Shown piece by piece: positions 10,670 through 19,883 of a DNA stretch of 64,000 bases (position 1 is its first letter; every line of letters starts with the position of its first letter). The position numbers and the translations under genes are program-made. The notes below the pieces were generated by a model. That model saw nothing but the letters and a program-made list of their open reading frames with translations, was not told the DNA's origin and made no database searches. Source of the stretch: a virus. The stretch lies in IMG/VR virus record IMGVR_UViG_3300024259_000012; one strand, written 5' to 3'.

Positions 10670-10852
10670 ATGAATAAGCCTTGCCCGTTTTGTGGCGGCG
10701 AATTACAAGTGTGGGAACGTAGCGGTTCTTGGGAAGTAATGTGTGTTGGTGAAGTTTGGTGTTTCCTGAGTCATACAATAAATGGATGTATGTCCGGAAC
10801 CTTTAGGACAGAGGAAGAAGCTCTCACAGCATGGAATAGGAGAACAAATTAA
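10670..10852 (+). CDS. Lar-like (restriction alleviation) Zn-ribbon protein
   Basis: KPCPFCGG...EEEALTAWNRR. Confidence 0.65.
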   Translation: MNKPCPFCGGELQVWERSGSWEVMCVGEVWCFLSHTINGCMSGTFRTEEEALTAWNRRTN

Positions 10853-11447
10853 TGCAATACCAAATACTTGAAGAATCAACAAGGGGCGAACTTACAAGAA
10901 CGGTCACGTCGTATATTAAGTCTGGTTGGTTTCCACTGGGCGGCGTATCAGTTGCCGCCATTAATAGTATGATGAGCCTACACTTTTTCCAAGCAATTGT
11001 AAAAGATGAAAGTAGTTAGCGGATATCACGTAGGATATCGAGGAAACTTTTATAGCCTACCAACGTATGAGGACGCCAAGGCAAAGTGGGCATCCCTATG
11101 GTTAAAGGATGATTCTTATATTGGGAGATGTCGGATTGGAAGCGGAACATATAATATTATGTATGGCGTTGCAACGGTGGTTGACCATAAATTGGTAGAC
11201 TTTAAAGAACTCGTTCCAAATAATTTAGATTATAAACTGCACCGGATTGAAAGGAACACATAATGATAGATTTAATTTTTAAAATATTAGTTACATCCGT
11301 TTTTGTATTCGCAGTTATTACAATTATGTCCATAAGTTATGTGGGCGAGAAGTGGTATACGTCACCGGTTACATATGCATATCTTACCGGCGCAAGCTTT
11401 GTTGGTATGTGGATGTATGCACTTTGGTTTTTATCATAAGGAGATAA

Positions 11448-11735
11448 GATGCAAATCAATCCAAAAGAACGAGAGATTAGTAGAAATGTACTTGACCTCA
11501 AAATTGCTATACAAGATGCTATTGACGATTTGTGTAAGGAACATAAATATGAGCTTACATACGCAGAGATATAAGAAATAAAAAATATAAATAATATAAA
11601 AAAAGCCTTGCAATAGGCGATTTTAATGTTATATTGGTAGTACGTTAGAAAAGCAAGATAAACTATGCGTTGATTCAGACCCTGAACAGTAATGTTGGAT
11701 ATGAATTAAAAGACATGTGGAAGGAAAAAGAATAA
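11448..11735 (+). pseudogene. 65-aa gene interrupted by an 89-bp promoter-bearing insertion
   Basis: Removing 11572-11660 (flanked by AGATA direct repeats) restores ...LTYAEI|NYALIQTL...KEKE* with TAATG coupling to the next gene. Confidence 0.55.
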
Positions 11736-11990
11736 TGATAAATAACTTACATGGTAGAGTAATATGGTCACTCGTGTGGCCAACCTTAAAATTTATATTC
11801 GGCATGGCAATTGTCTTAGGATTTATGTTGTTGTGTTTAGCATTTCCGACTATAATAGGTTGGATAGTATTTGTAATATTCCTTCTCTTGGGTGCCTTGG
11901 AATTGTATATCGTATATGATAAGAAATACAAAGAATTTCAGAAGGCTGATGAAAGGCTTAGGGAATCTATAAACTCAGATTGGAAGGAAT

Positions 11991-12269
11991 TTGAATAATA
12001 TGAATCATTTTATAACCAAATGTAAACAGTGTGAAACAGTTATCAATCAATGTAGATGCCCAAGTGAATCAAAGACTGTAGAGTGGGGAATGTGCGCATC
12101 ATGCAAAGCGGAACCAAAGCCCTGTCCATTCTGTGGACACGAAGTTGCGGTGCGTGAAGAAGATGGTAGAGTGTTGTGTGGGAATTCTGCCGGATATGAA
12201 GCTGGAGGAACATACTGTCCGGCTTCAGGAATATGGGCAACCATAGAAACTTGGAATGCGAGGGTATAA
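11991..12269 (+). CDS. Lar-like Zn-ribbon protein
   Basis: KPCPFCG...WNAR plus an additional N-terminal Cys cluster. Confidence 0.6.
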   Translation: MNNMNHFITKCKQCETVINQCRCPSESKTVEWGMCASCKAEPKPCPFCGHEVAVREEDGRVLCGNSAGYEAGGTYCPASGIWATIETWNARV

Positions 12270-13200
12270 TGAAATCAAAAAAAGAATTTACGTTAGCGAA
12301 CATACAACAAACAACAGCAAATAATAGAGAAGAAGCTATACGAAAAGCAATCAACAAAGTAAAGTTTGATATTGAATATCAATCCAGACGTGGTGCCAAT
12401 ATATTGAATACCGATGAACTGCCGAAAATGACATACCAAATTTTTTAAAATGGCCGGTGCATCTTCACCACAGCCACGACACCGGAATGACTTTGGGTGC
12501 CGTACACGCTTACTGCAATGCAGTACTATGGGAGTATCACGGTGAATAAACAACTACGTGGCATTAAATTGTTGATAGACACGGCACCCGATAGAAATGA
12601 AAAATGACCTGTCCAACTGAAATAACAAGCGACTTATTTGATGAGGTACAAAGCTCTGCAGGTGGTGTTTATTTATTCATCGCTTACAGGGCAGAGATAG
12701 CCATTTTCGTAACCGGCCAGATAGCCATTGAATCCCTTGTTGAAACGATTAATCTAAGTGAAGCTCAAGTGGATGAAATATATAGAATCAAAAAAGAGAT
12801 AAGACAATATGAGTAATACAAAGATGTTTAAAAGTAAAGCATGGTATTTCGTAGGATTAGCAGTCACAGCATTCTTATTGTATCTTGGATATATTTGGAA
12901 TGATACATTCCTCATGGCCATCGGTACATTGAATTTAGCCATGGACATAAAACTTGCTGTGGATTGGATACTAAAATGAAAAATGAATTAAAAAAGATAT
13001 ACAAGACCCTCTCGCCTGAAGCTAAAAAACGAGGAGTTATATTTTCAAGTGCATTAAGCAATGAAGAAGTTGAAACAGAAGACGACACCATTCATGAGGT
13101 ATTAGATTCTTCTCCAGATAAGGATAGACGAATTAATCTCCTGAAACGGGATAGCTTCTTTGACGGTCTATATAAATATAATATAATACGGGAGTAAGAA

Positions 13201-13626
13201 ATGTATATATTTATTTGCAAATGTGGTAATACAAAACAGTATAAATATAAAGCATCGTTTTTAAAAGGAACTGTATGTAATACATGTCGTGCGAAAATGA
13301 ACAATGCAAACTATCAGAAGAAATTCAAGCTTGTTTTAAAAGAAAAGAGACAGAAGAAACGAGAGTCAAATCCAAATTATATACCTCGGGTAGTTCTAAC
13401 TCCCGAACAACGACTTCAATATGTTCGGAAATATAACAAGGAATATTATGCTAAAAATCGAGATGCCATAAATGCTACAAACCGATATAAACTGAGAACA
13501 GATGAGGAGTATAGAAAAAAAGCGTATGCCGCACAACGCAAATCTCGGAAAAAGAAAGCGCAGGACATTATAGATTTGAAACGTGAGGTGTCCCGTTTAA
13601 AAAACTTGTTAGCCAACAAACTTTAA
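13201..13626 (+). CDS. CxCG Zn-ribbon protein with basic tail
   Basis: CKCGNTKQYK...CNTC; EYYAKNRDAIN tail. Confidence 0.6.
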   Translation: MYIFICKCGNTKQYKYKASFLKGTVCNTCRAKMNNANYQKKFKLVLKEKRQKKRESNPNYIPRVVLTPEQRLQYVRKYNKEYYAKNRDAINATNRYKLRTDEEYRKKAYAAQRKSRKKKAQDIIDLKREVSRLKNLLANKL

Positions 13627-14145
13627 GAAGGACTGACACTTCCCACAGGAATAAGCAGTAGGCGACCTACGAAGCTTATTATGGCGAGTCGTTGAAAGTT
13701 CCATAGTCCGACATGAACATTTGTAAGTCCATCGTGTCTGACGCTTTGATTGACTTTGGGGCATCTTGGAATAATCAACTTCATACTTGATAGTCACGTC
13801 AGGCATCAAGCCAAACACTGAACGCATGATGCGTTTCCAGTAGTAAGTGTGACTCGACCCCTTTGTGTAACCATTGACATAACCATCAATGTAGTGAGCA
13901 ACTTCGTGCGGCACAGTCACTCTCATAAACGCTTCGGGGTTTCCAGCCAAGTAGCCCATGTTAAATTTTAGTTGGTGATTCTTTACTTCACCGGTCAAGC
14001 GGTTATAAGTGAAAGCGTGCTGACCTGCGCAAGAAGTCCCACGCAATTTAAAAGTGATAGGTGGAACAGGGAAAGTCATCCCGAGTTGGTCACCGGCTTC
14101 AGCGAGTAGGCGATGGACGGTTTCAATTATTTGGGTCTGATTCAT
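13609..14145 (-). CDS. SprT-like zinc metalloprotease
   Basis: HEVAH, downstream H-x3-W, YKCSC...H...YSCGKC. Confidence 0.85.
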   Translation of the reverse strand: MNQTQIIETVHRLLAEAGDQLGMTFPVPPITFKLRGTSCAGQHAFTYNRLTGEVKNHQLKFNMGYLAGNPEAFMRVTVPHEVAHYIDGYVNGYTKGSSHTYYWKRIMRSVFGLMPDVTIKYEVDYSKMPQSQSKRQTRWTYKCSCRTMELSTTRHNKLRRSPTAYSCGKCQSFLKFVG

Positions 14146-14150
14146 AGTAG

Positions 14151-14197
14151 TCTCCTCATTACGCTATTAAGTTAATACTATACATAAGGCAAGACAA
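14151..14197 (-). promoter_or_regulatory. Early promoter element copy (drives SprT)
   Basis: TTGTCT-17 nt-TAACTT-AATAGCGTAATGAGGAG. Confidence 0.75.
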
Positions 14198-14224
14198 GTT
14201 AATAATAAAAAAAGGAAAAGAAAA

Positions 14225-14512
14225 ATGGAACTAACAAAAGAACAAGAACAGCAGTCACAAAGTTTTATGGAAACCGCCATGGAGTCCGAAACTGGAAACC
14301 CGATGGTAGAGGCAACCGCAAGATTTGTCGTGAAATTGGACGAGGTTGACGACGCCCTTGCTATGGAATTGCTTGACATAGTGGCAGACATCACAGCGTC
14401 CGCTATTGCGTATGGTAAGGAATTATCCGAAGGCGATGATATCAATGCATTCGTTCAAGAGCTTATAGATAACGGCGTCCCGCTCGGTGCCATGGTTGAA
14501 GAAATAAATTAA
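14225..14512 (+). CDS. Acidic hypothetical protein
   Basis: ORF with RBS; strongly acidic. Confidence 0.6.
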   Translation: MELTKEQEQQSQSFMETAMESETGNPMVEATARFVVKLDEVDDALAMELLDIVADITASAIAYGKELSEGDDINAFVQELIDNGVPLGAMVEEIN

Positions 14513-14751
14513 GGAGTAAGACAAATGACAATTACAGACTCACCAGACAGACGAAAAGCTTATGCTCACTTTCAAGCCGCCATTGCACTTGCTAAACAAT
14601 TAGATATGCCTAACGGGGATATCAAAAAGTTGGAACATGAACTAACCAATGTATTACGATTCAGCTTCACCGCTGGCATTATACATGCCGGTACTTTACT
14701 TGGATTAGAGATGCCGCCGGATGTAAAAAATATGGATGGCATCATAGGGGA

Positions 14752-15228
14752 ATGTTAACTCAAGAGGATGTCCATATATTATTTAACTATAATCCATATA
14801 CCGGCATACTAACCCGTAGAATAAACGTAATTGGTGGTAAGCCTATTGGCAGTGTTGTTGGAACTCCTGGTGGAAAGGGGCATCTACGGGTAACCATTGA
14901 TGGCGTACTATATTTAGTGCATCGAATCATTTGGTTGTATGAGCATGGTAAGTGGCCAAAAGAATTGATAGACCACAAGAATAGAAATCCCGTAGATAAT
15001 CGGTTAGAGAATTTACGGGAATGCACCTATGCACAGAACAATCAAAATACGCCGCCAAGAAATGGACATAAGGGTGTATCAAAACATGGTAAGCAATGGT
15101 CAGCAAGAATAAAAATAAATGGCAAGGATGAATATATAGGATTTTATAAGACGCCCGAGGAAGCGGCTTTGAAATATAACATTCGGGCAAAGGAAGAATA
15201 CGGAGAGTTTGCATGGTTAAACGAATAG
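14752..15228 (+). CDS. HNH endonuclease with AP2 domain
   Basis: HRIIW, IDHKNRNPVDNRLENLR, GV...WSARI...IGFY..PEEAA..YN. Confidence 0.9.
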   Translation: MLTQEDVHILFNYNPYTGILTRRINVIGGKPIGSVVGTPGGKGHLRVTIDGVLYLVHRIIWLYEHGKWPKELIDHKNRNPVDNRLENLRECTYAQNNQNTPPRNGHKGVSKHGKQWSARIKINGKDEYIGFYKTPEEAALKYNIRAKEEYGEFAWLNE

Positions 15229-15983
15229 AAGAATATTTAGTATTTACATGTTCGTGCGGGAATACTAAAAAGTATAAACGAAAGAAATCATTTGATAAAG
15301 CTACAAAGTGTACACAATGTGCACAAATTGGATATCATAAAAAATATGGAGAACGACGTCGTACTGCCAAACAGGAACAAATACGACACCAAGTATTAAT
15401 ATGTAAATGTGGTAAATCAGTACAGTACATACGTGAGGGGGTTTTTAAAAAACACAAGTCTGGTGAAGTGTTATGTCTTAATTGCAGACAAGTACAATCC
15501 ACACATGCACGATGGGAAAAAAATCCAGACCAACATGTTGCTGATATAGAACGTGCTCGGCAGTGGCGTTTGGACAATCATAAAAAAATATTGGAACTTG
15601 CGAAACTTAAATATGTTCCCGTGATAGATTGCAATAGTCCATATGATAAGGAATGTAATAAGTGTAAACGAATCATACAATTTAAAAAATTGCATAATTT
15701 TAAAAAAGTGGAGTATGATGAATCGTGGAAATGTACCCGCTGTAAAGGGTTGGAAGCACGCAAAGGAAATCCAACGTATATAGAATTGAATAAATTGTAT
15801 TATGAATCACATAAGAATGACCCCGACTATAAAAGGCAAATTCGTGAAAATATAAAACGTTGGAAGGAATCACTATCCGATGAGCAAATCGCCGCTAATA
15901 AAGAAAAAAATCGAGAATATTCCCGAGCATATTATAAAGCAAATAGGGAAAAGATTAATAAGAAACGAAGAGCAAAGGAGTAA
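15213..15983 (+). CDS. Protein with three Zn-ribbon repeats and a basic tail
   Basis: CSCG..CTQC, CKCG..CLNC, CNKC..CTRC; EYSRAYYKANREKIN. Confidence 0.6.
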   Translation: MVKRIEEYLVFTCSCGNTKKYKRKKSFDKATKCTQCAQIGYHKKYGERRRTAKQEQIRHQVLICKCGKSVQYIREGVFKKHKSGEVLCLNCRQVQSTHARWEKNPDQHVADIERARQWRLDNHKKILELAKLKYVPVIDCNSPYDKECNKCKRIIQFKKLHNFKKVEYDESWKCTRCKGLEARKGNPTYIELNKLYYESHKNDPDYKRQIRENIKRWKESLSDEQIAANKEKNREYSRAYYKANREKINKKRRAKE

Positions 15984-15986
15984 GAA

Positions 15987-16217
15987 ATGTATTTCGATGA
16001 TGAACCATACGACAAAAGAAAACACGATTGGAACAAGAAGCAATATTCCAAGAGACCACATAGGGTATGAAAGCGTAATTTTAAGACGCCGGATTTAGTT
16101 ATCCCTAAAACAATTAAATATAAATGTACAGGTTGTCTAACTGTATGAGTAGATGATGAATTAATGAATGGCGGCTGTCCGGCTTGCCATACAGATGATT
16201 GGTTAAAGGAGTTATAA
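15987..16217 (+). CDS. Zn-ribbon protein with 2 in-frame TGA codons (read as Trp)
   Basis: TGA at 16068 and 16146; reads YKCTGCLTV[W]VDDELMNGGCPAC; ends TAATG-coupled to the next gene. Confidence 0.7.
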
Positions 16218-16473
16218 TGAATTTGAAAGATAAGGTAGACCTTGCACTACTCACTTTAAAGTGTCCATGTGGTGAAGTTAGAAGGTATAAAACATTGAAA
16301 GCTTGGGAACCCCTGTTACATCATAGTAGAGTAACGGAGACGCCTATGTTATGTCTCATAACAAGGCTGGGTGGAAGCCTATTGAAGATGCTGGAGAAAG
16401 CCGGACGTTCAGCCATTATGCAGTTGGTTATGGATGGGAAAGTCCTGATTGGAAACATAAATTTTAAAAAGAC

Positions 16474-16502
16474 TTGACATGGCTTGTGTTGCATATTAAG
16501 TT
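16474..16502 (+). promoter_or_regulatory. Sigma70-like promoter of the tRNA-like RNA
   Basis: TTGACA-17 nt-TAAGTT. Confidence 0.65.
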
Positions 16503-16526
16503 ACTCATGCTTTTTGAAGGGGATTA

Positions 16527-16724
16527 CTGTTGAGTGAGGATGTTAGGCAATAGTAAGTCCAACTGAGGAGAAGTTGATATCTGGGCGGCGTAGTGGCTTG
16601 AAGGATAAAGACTGAAACCGAGGGGACTCCCATTAACACTAAATGGGGAAGTCTGCTGAAACCGATTAACGGGATACCTTGTCAGTGTTGGCAAGCGTGT
16701 GAGTTCGAGCCTCACCGGACAGCA
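16527..16724 (+). ncRNA. ~200-nt tRNA-like structured RNA
   Basis: T-arm GTGAG-TTCGAGC-CTCAC (16699-16715) followed by CGGACAGCA; D-arm-like GGAT..GG..GTCC at 5' end; several internal hairpins; own promoter and terminator; no canonical anticodon arm. Confidence 0.6.
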
Positions 16725-16732
16725 AAAGAATT

Positions 16733-16763
16733 AAAGGGAGTCTATCGAAGGCTCCCTTTTTTT
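16733..16763 (+). terminator. Rho-independent terminator
   Basis: AAAGGGAGTCT-ATCGA-AGGCTCCCTTT followed by T run. Confidence 0.8.
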
Positions 16764-16795
16764 ACTATACAATTTAAAGAAAAGGAAACTATCAA

Positions 16796-17149
16796 ATGAG
16801 TTGGCATACAGGTGTAAGCAAATCTACGCAGATTGAGATTAGAAAGAACGCCCTTGAGGTGTTGGATAAATTGGACATTGAACTAACTGAGCAAGAGCTT
16901 ATGATGTTTGAGATTTTTTTAGACCATCAGCAACTCAAGTGGTATAAGATTTATTCCGAAGCAATGAGTGTTGGCACTAAGGCAGTTCGAGAGAATACAG
17001 TGTTTTCATTAATAGATAAAAATTTATTACACGATGACAATGGTAATGGGTATATTGGTTTAAAGCATCATGTACTTGATGTGCATTTTGAATTGATGCG
17101 TCCTGTACTATCAGAAATGATGGAAATGGTGTATGACCTTATGCATTAA
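16796..17149 (+). CDS. Hypothetical protein
   Basis: RBS AAGGA; last gene of the plus-strand run. Confidence 0.6.
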   Translation: MSWHTGVSKSTQIEIRKNALEVLDKLDIELTEQELMMFEIFLDHQQLKWYKIYSEAMSVGTKAVRENTVFSLIDKNLLHDDNGNGYIGLKHHVLDVHFELMRPVLSEMMEMVYDLMH

Positions 17150-17224
17150 TATTTTACCTATATCAGTATAATTTTTTTCCCAGCAAAAATTTCGTCCGAT
17201 GTATGCACACGACTTAAACCCAGG

Positions 17225-17355
17225 ATAAAACTCTTTTTAGTTTTATGAGGCCGACTTATTGTACCGCCCCCTTCGAGTTTTATGTATGGGAGTTTTAAGT
17301 TTTATGTTTGAGAGTTTTATGTTTGGAATTAAAACTCTTTAGAGTTTTATGTTTG
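17225..17355. repeat. Iteron-like cluster of (G)AGTTTTA(TGTTTG) repeats
   Basis: 8 copies of AGTTTTA/TAAAACT in 130 bp of non-coding DNA. Confidence 0.8.
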
Positions 17356-17405
17356 GCGTCCTGCCATGTATAGTTATATGTATGTATAGTTATATGTATG
17401 TATAT

Positions 17406-17434
17406 AAAAAAAGGCCACCCGAATGGATGACCTT
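17406..17434 (-). terminator. Rho-independent terminator
   Basis: AAGGTCATCC-ATTC-GGGTGGCCTT followed by T run on the minus strand. Confidence 0.7.
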
Positions 17435-17769
17435 ATAAGGCGGCGTTGTGGCGTCGTACTATTGAGACGCCATTTCGAATAGCTTATCAATCAGGGGCTT
17501 CTGCATGAAGTACACAAATAGAGCACCCACTGCGAACCCAGTCATAAAGCCTATGGCGATGTCTTCAAGATTTTTCATTATACTAACTCTCCGTCCTTAT
17601 TGATTACACCCTCTGAATACAATACGTGCATAACGAATAGCTCACGGGTGTCTGTTGAGTAGACGCCGCCCATATTGTATATATATACCGTTTGTGTTAA
17701 ATCCTTCATGTGTATTCCTTTTATTTTTATTTGTATCCGATTCTATAATACGCCGTGATGGCGAGCTAT

Positions 17770-17997
17770 TCAATATAGTTCAGATTCATAGACCTTACGA
17801 CCGAGTAGCTTCTCAAGGCGTTTCCATTCAGCCTTCAATTTACGGAGCCTCGCCATGGCTCGGGTCTTACTAATCTCCCCATCCATATAAAGGTTCTCAG
17901 GAGACATCTGATTTAACAGATTCTCAAAGGGCGTCATATCGCTTGGATACTGATGTTCGTTGTGCATGTCAATCATGGCGTCGCTCATTTTACTCAT
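17770..17997 (-). CDS. Conserved phage early protein
   Basis: SPENLxxDGEIS...LE..LGRKV.E motif; TGA stop. Confidence 0.65.
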   Translation of the reverse strand: MSKMSDAMIDMHNEHQYPSDMTPFENLLNQMSPENLYMDGEISKTRAMARLRKLKAEWKRLEKLLGRKVYESELY

Positions 17998-18295
17998 TTG
18001 GTGCTCCTCAATTGTGGGTTAACAGAATTCCATAAAGACGCCCTTACGATAGCGTCCTTCTTATAGTGCTCAAAGTCCACAAGTGCCCCGTGAACGCCGA
18101 TGCGTGTATCTACTATATCCCAGCCCTGTCCGGATTCGGTCTTGCGTACAATGTAATTGGTGGTGCTCATTTATGCACTCCTAAATTTTGTGTTTTCTTT
18201 ATATACCCAAGTGTTTCCGCAAATGAAAACTCCACCCTTAGCATTCCAAATTCCAAAGGTTGCTCCAAGGTCATATTTCTGTCCGTCGATTAACT

Positions 18296-18727
18296 TCATG
18301 CGGTCACCTCATAATTTCTGTCCCAACGTCCAACATTAACATTGACATACCAGCCAACGTGGAAGTAGTCAGTCATCGCATCAGACTCATCAAAGTTCTC
18401 ACGGCTCGTATTTGCGCCGTTCAGGATTGGTAAGACCTCAGCGAAGAACGCCTTGGCCTCTCCATCATACCAACGGTCAGTATGGAAGATGTTCACTTGG
18501 TCTCGTGTGGCGTCCTGATATTGGGCGTCGCTCCCATAACGGCGTTTGGTTAGTATCCTGCCCATGCGGTTGTAAGACTCCATGAAATCTATCTTGCCAC
18601 TGAATAGATTCAGTACTAAGACACTGTGGTGGTTAACACCCAGACGCCCCTTCACTCCATACTTCTTCAGGATGGGCTTCAGGTTGGCGTTGATTTCCTT
18701 CTTATGCTCTTGGGTCATGTAACTCAT
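18296..18727 (-). CDS. Conserved phage early protein
   Basis: LKKYGVKG...FDESDAMTDYFHVGWY...VGRWD; TGA stop. Confidence 0.75.
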   Translation of the reverse strand: MSYMTQEHKKEINANLKPILKKYGVKGRLGVNHHSVLVLNLFSGKIDFMESYNRMGRILTKRRYGSDAQYQDATRDQVNIFHTDRWYDGEAKAFFAEVLPILNGANTSRENFDESDAMTDYFHVGWYVNVNVGRWDRNYEVTA

Positions 18728-18737
18728 TTGTATCTCC

Positions 18738-18956
18738 CTATCTGTATAACGTTACGAAGCTACCGAAGTAGCCTTCAAAAGTTTCAACCAAAGTCTCATA
18801 ATCTCCAGCAGTCATCTCAGCCAATACCACTTCGGCGGGCAAATCCAATTGCTTAGCAAGCTTCTCAGCCATGCCAATCAAATAGAAGGCGTTTCCCTGT
18901 GGACCGGTCAGGTCGATTGACAACTCCTGCTTTAACTCTGTTACTGATTTCATCAT
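18738..18956 (-). CDS. Conserved phage protein
   Basis: IDLTGPxGNAFYLIG...MxxGDYExLV..F..FG. Confidence 0.75.
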   Translation of the reverse strand: MMKSVTELKQELSIDLTGPQGNAFYLIGMAEKLAKQLDLPAEVVLAEMTAGDYETLVETFEGYFGSFVTLYR

Positions 18957-18965
18957 CGTGGGTTC

Positions 18966-19445
18966 CTTTCCCTTACGCTACCAATATAATGATATACAAG
19001 GGCGGTGTCAAGCATTAAAATAAATAAATAAAAAGCTTGCATATGCGCCTCCTGGATGTTAACTTACAAGGCTATACTGCTCGGCAAAAATAAAGTCTGG
19101 TATATCCCAGAAGGTAACCCTGGCGTCGCACAAAGTCAAGCTAATTCTTTTCTTTATTTAGTGCTTGACATTGGCGTTGTAGAATGTTAACTTAGAGGAG
19201 TGAGGGAGCGAAGGGTGCCCAACGGGGAAGGTCGTCTCGTCTAAAAAAACTTATAAGACGACAGGGGGCGTTAGGCGCACTCTCTCCCTCACACTATAAT
19301 ATAACATGCGGGACGCCCATATGCAAGGGAAAAGAAAAAGCTTGACATTGGTGCCGTGGCGTCTTAACTTACTATGCTATGGTGGCTGAAAAAAATCAGG
19401 ACGCCTATAGCCTTTTAAGTTAAGCACCAGGTGGCACAATGTCAA
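18966..19445. promoter_or_regulatory. Cluster of seven alternating sigma70-like promoters
   Basis: -35 boxes at 19006(-), 19037(+), 19134(-), 19165(+), 19321(-), 19342(+), 19440(-), each ~17 nt from TAACTT/TATATT/TACCTT. Confidence 0.75.
19200..19292. ncRNA. Candidate rod-shaped small RNA between convergent promoters
   Basis: Nested pairings GTGAGGGAG/CTCCCTCAC, GTGC/GCAC and GTCGTCT/AGACGAC with internal bubbles. Confidence 0.45.
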
Positions 19446-19702
19446 GCTATTTATTTTCTTTTTTCGTGTGTTTAATAGAAGCTAAGTGTTCAAAGGCTGA
19501 AGGCGTCCCACTATCCAATAGCACATATGGTGGCGGCTGGGAAGAGCATGAGATTGGAGACATTGTAACCGTTGGTCTTCAAACTGTTAGAATAAAGGAC
19601 TTAAACACCGGCGTTGTATATGAAAGTATAAAGGACGCCGCTAAAGACTTGGGGCTAACCAGTGGCATCGTTGGAAGTCGTAAACAGTTTCTACGGATTT
19701 AG
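19439..19702 (+). CDS. NUMOD1-like DNA-binding domain fragment (start uncertain)
   Basis: VRIKDLNTGVVYESIKDAAKDLGL. Confidence 0.4.
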   Translation: MSSYLFSFFVCLIEAKCSKAEGVPLSNSTYGGGWEEHEIGDIVTVGLQTVRIKDLNTGVVYESIKDAAKDLGLTSGIVGSRKQFLRI

Positions 19703-19883
19703 CTTGTATATATGTATATTCGTATGTATATTCTGCCTGCCTAAGAGACGCCTCATGAGCGTTTCGACTCAGGGGCACCCGCATGAGGCGGAGAGTATAA
19801 AGCCCAAGAGAAGAGTGAACTCCGGCGTCGCAAGGCGTCGGACTCACTTAATAGGAATCAAATGAAATATTATGGAGTGGTCA

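Noticed and set aside
16527-16724. UGA suppressor tRNA or tmRNA
   Set aside because: No UCA anticodon loop. It is too long for a tRNA and lacks the tmRNA termini and a clear tag ORF, so it is kept only as a tRNA-like RNA.
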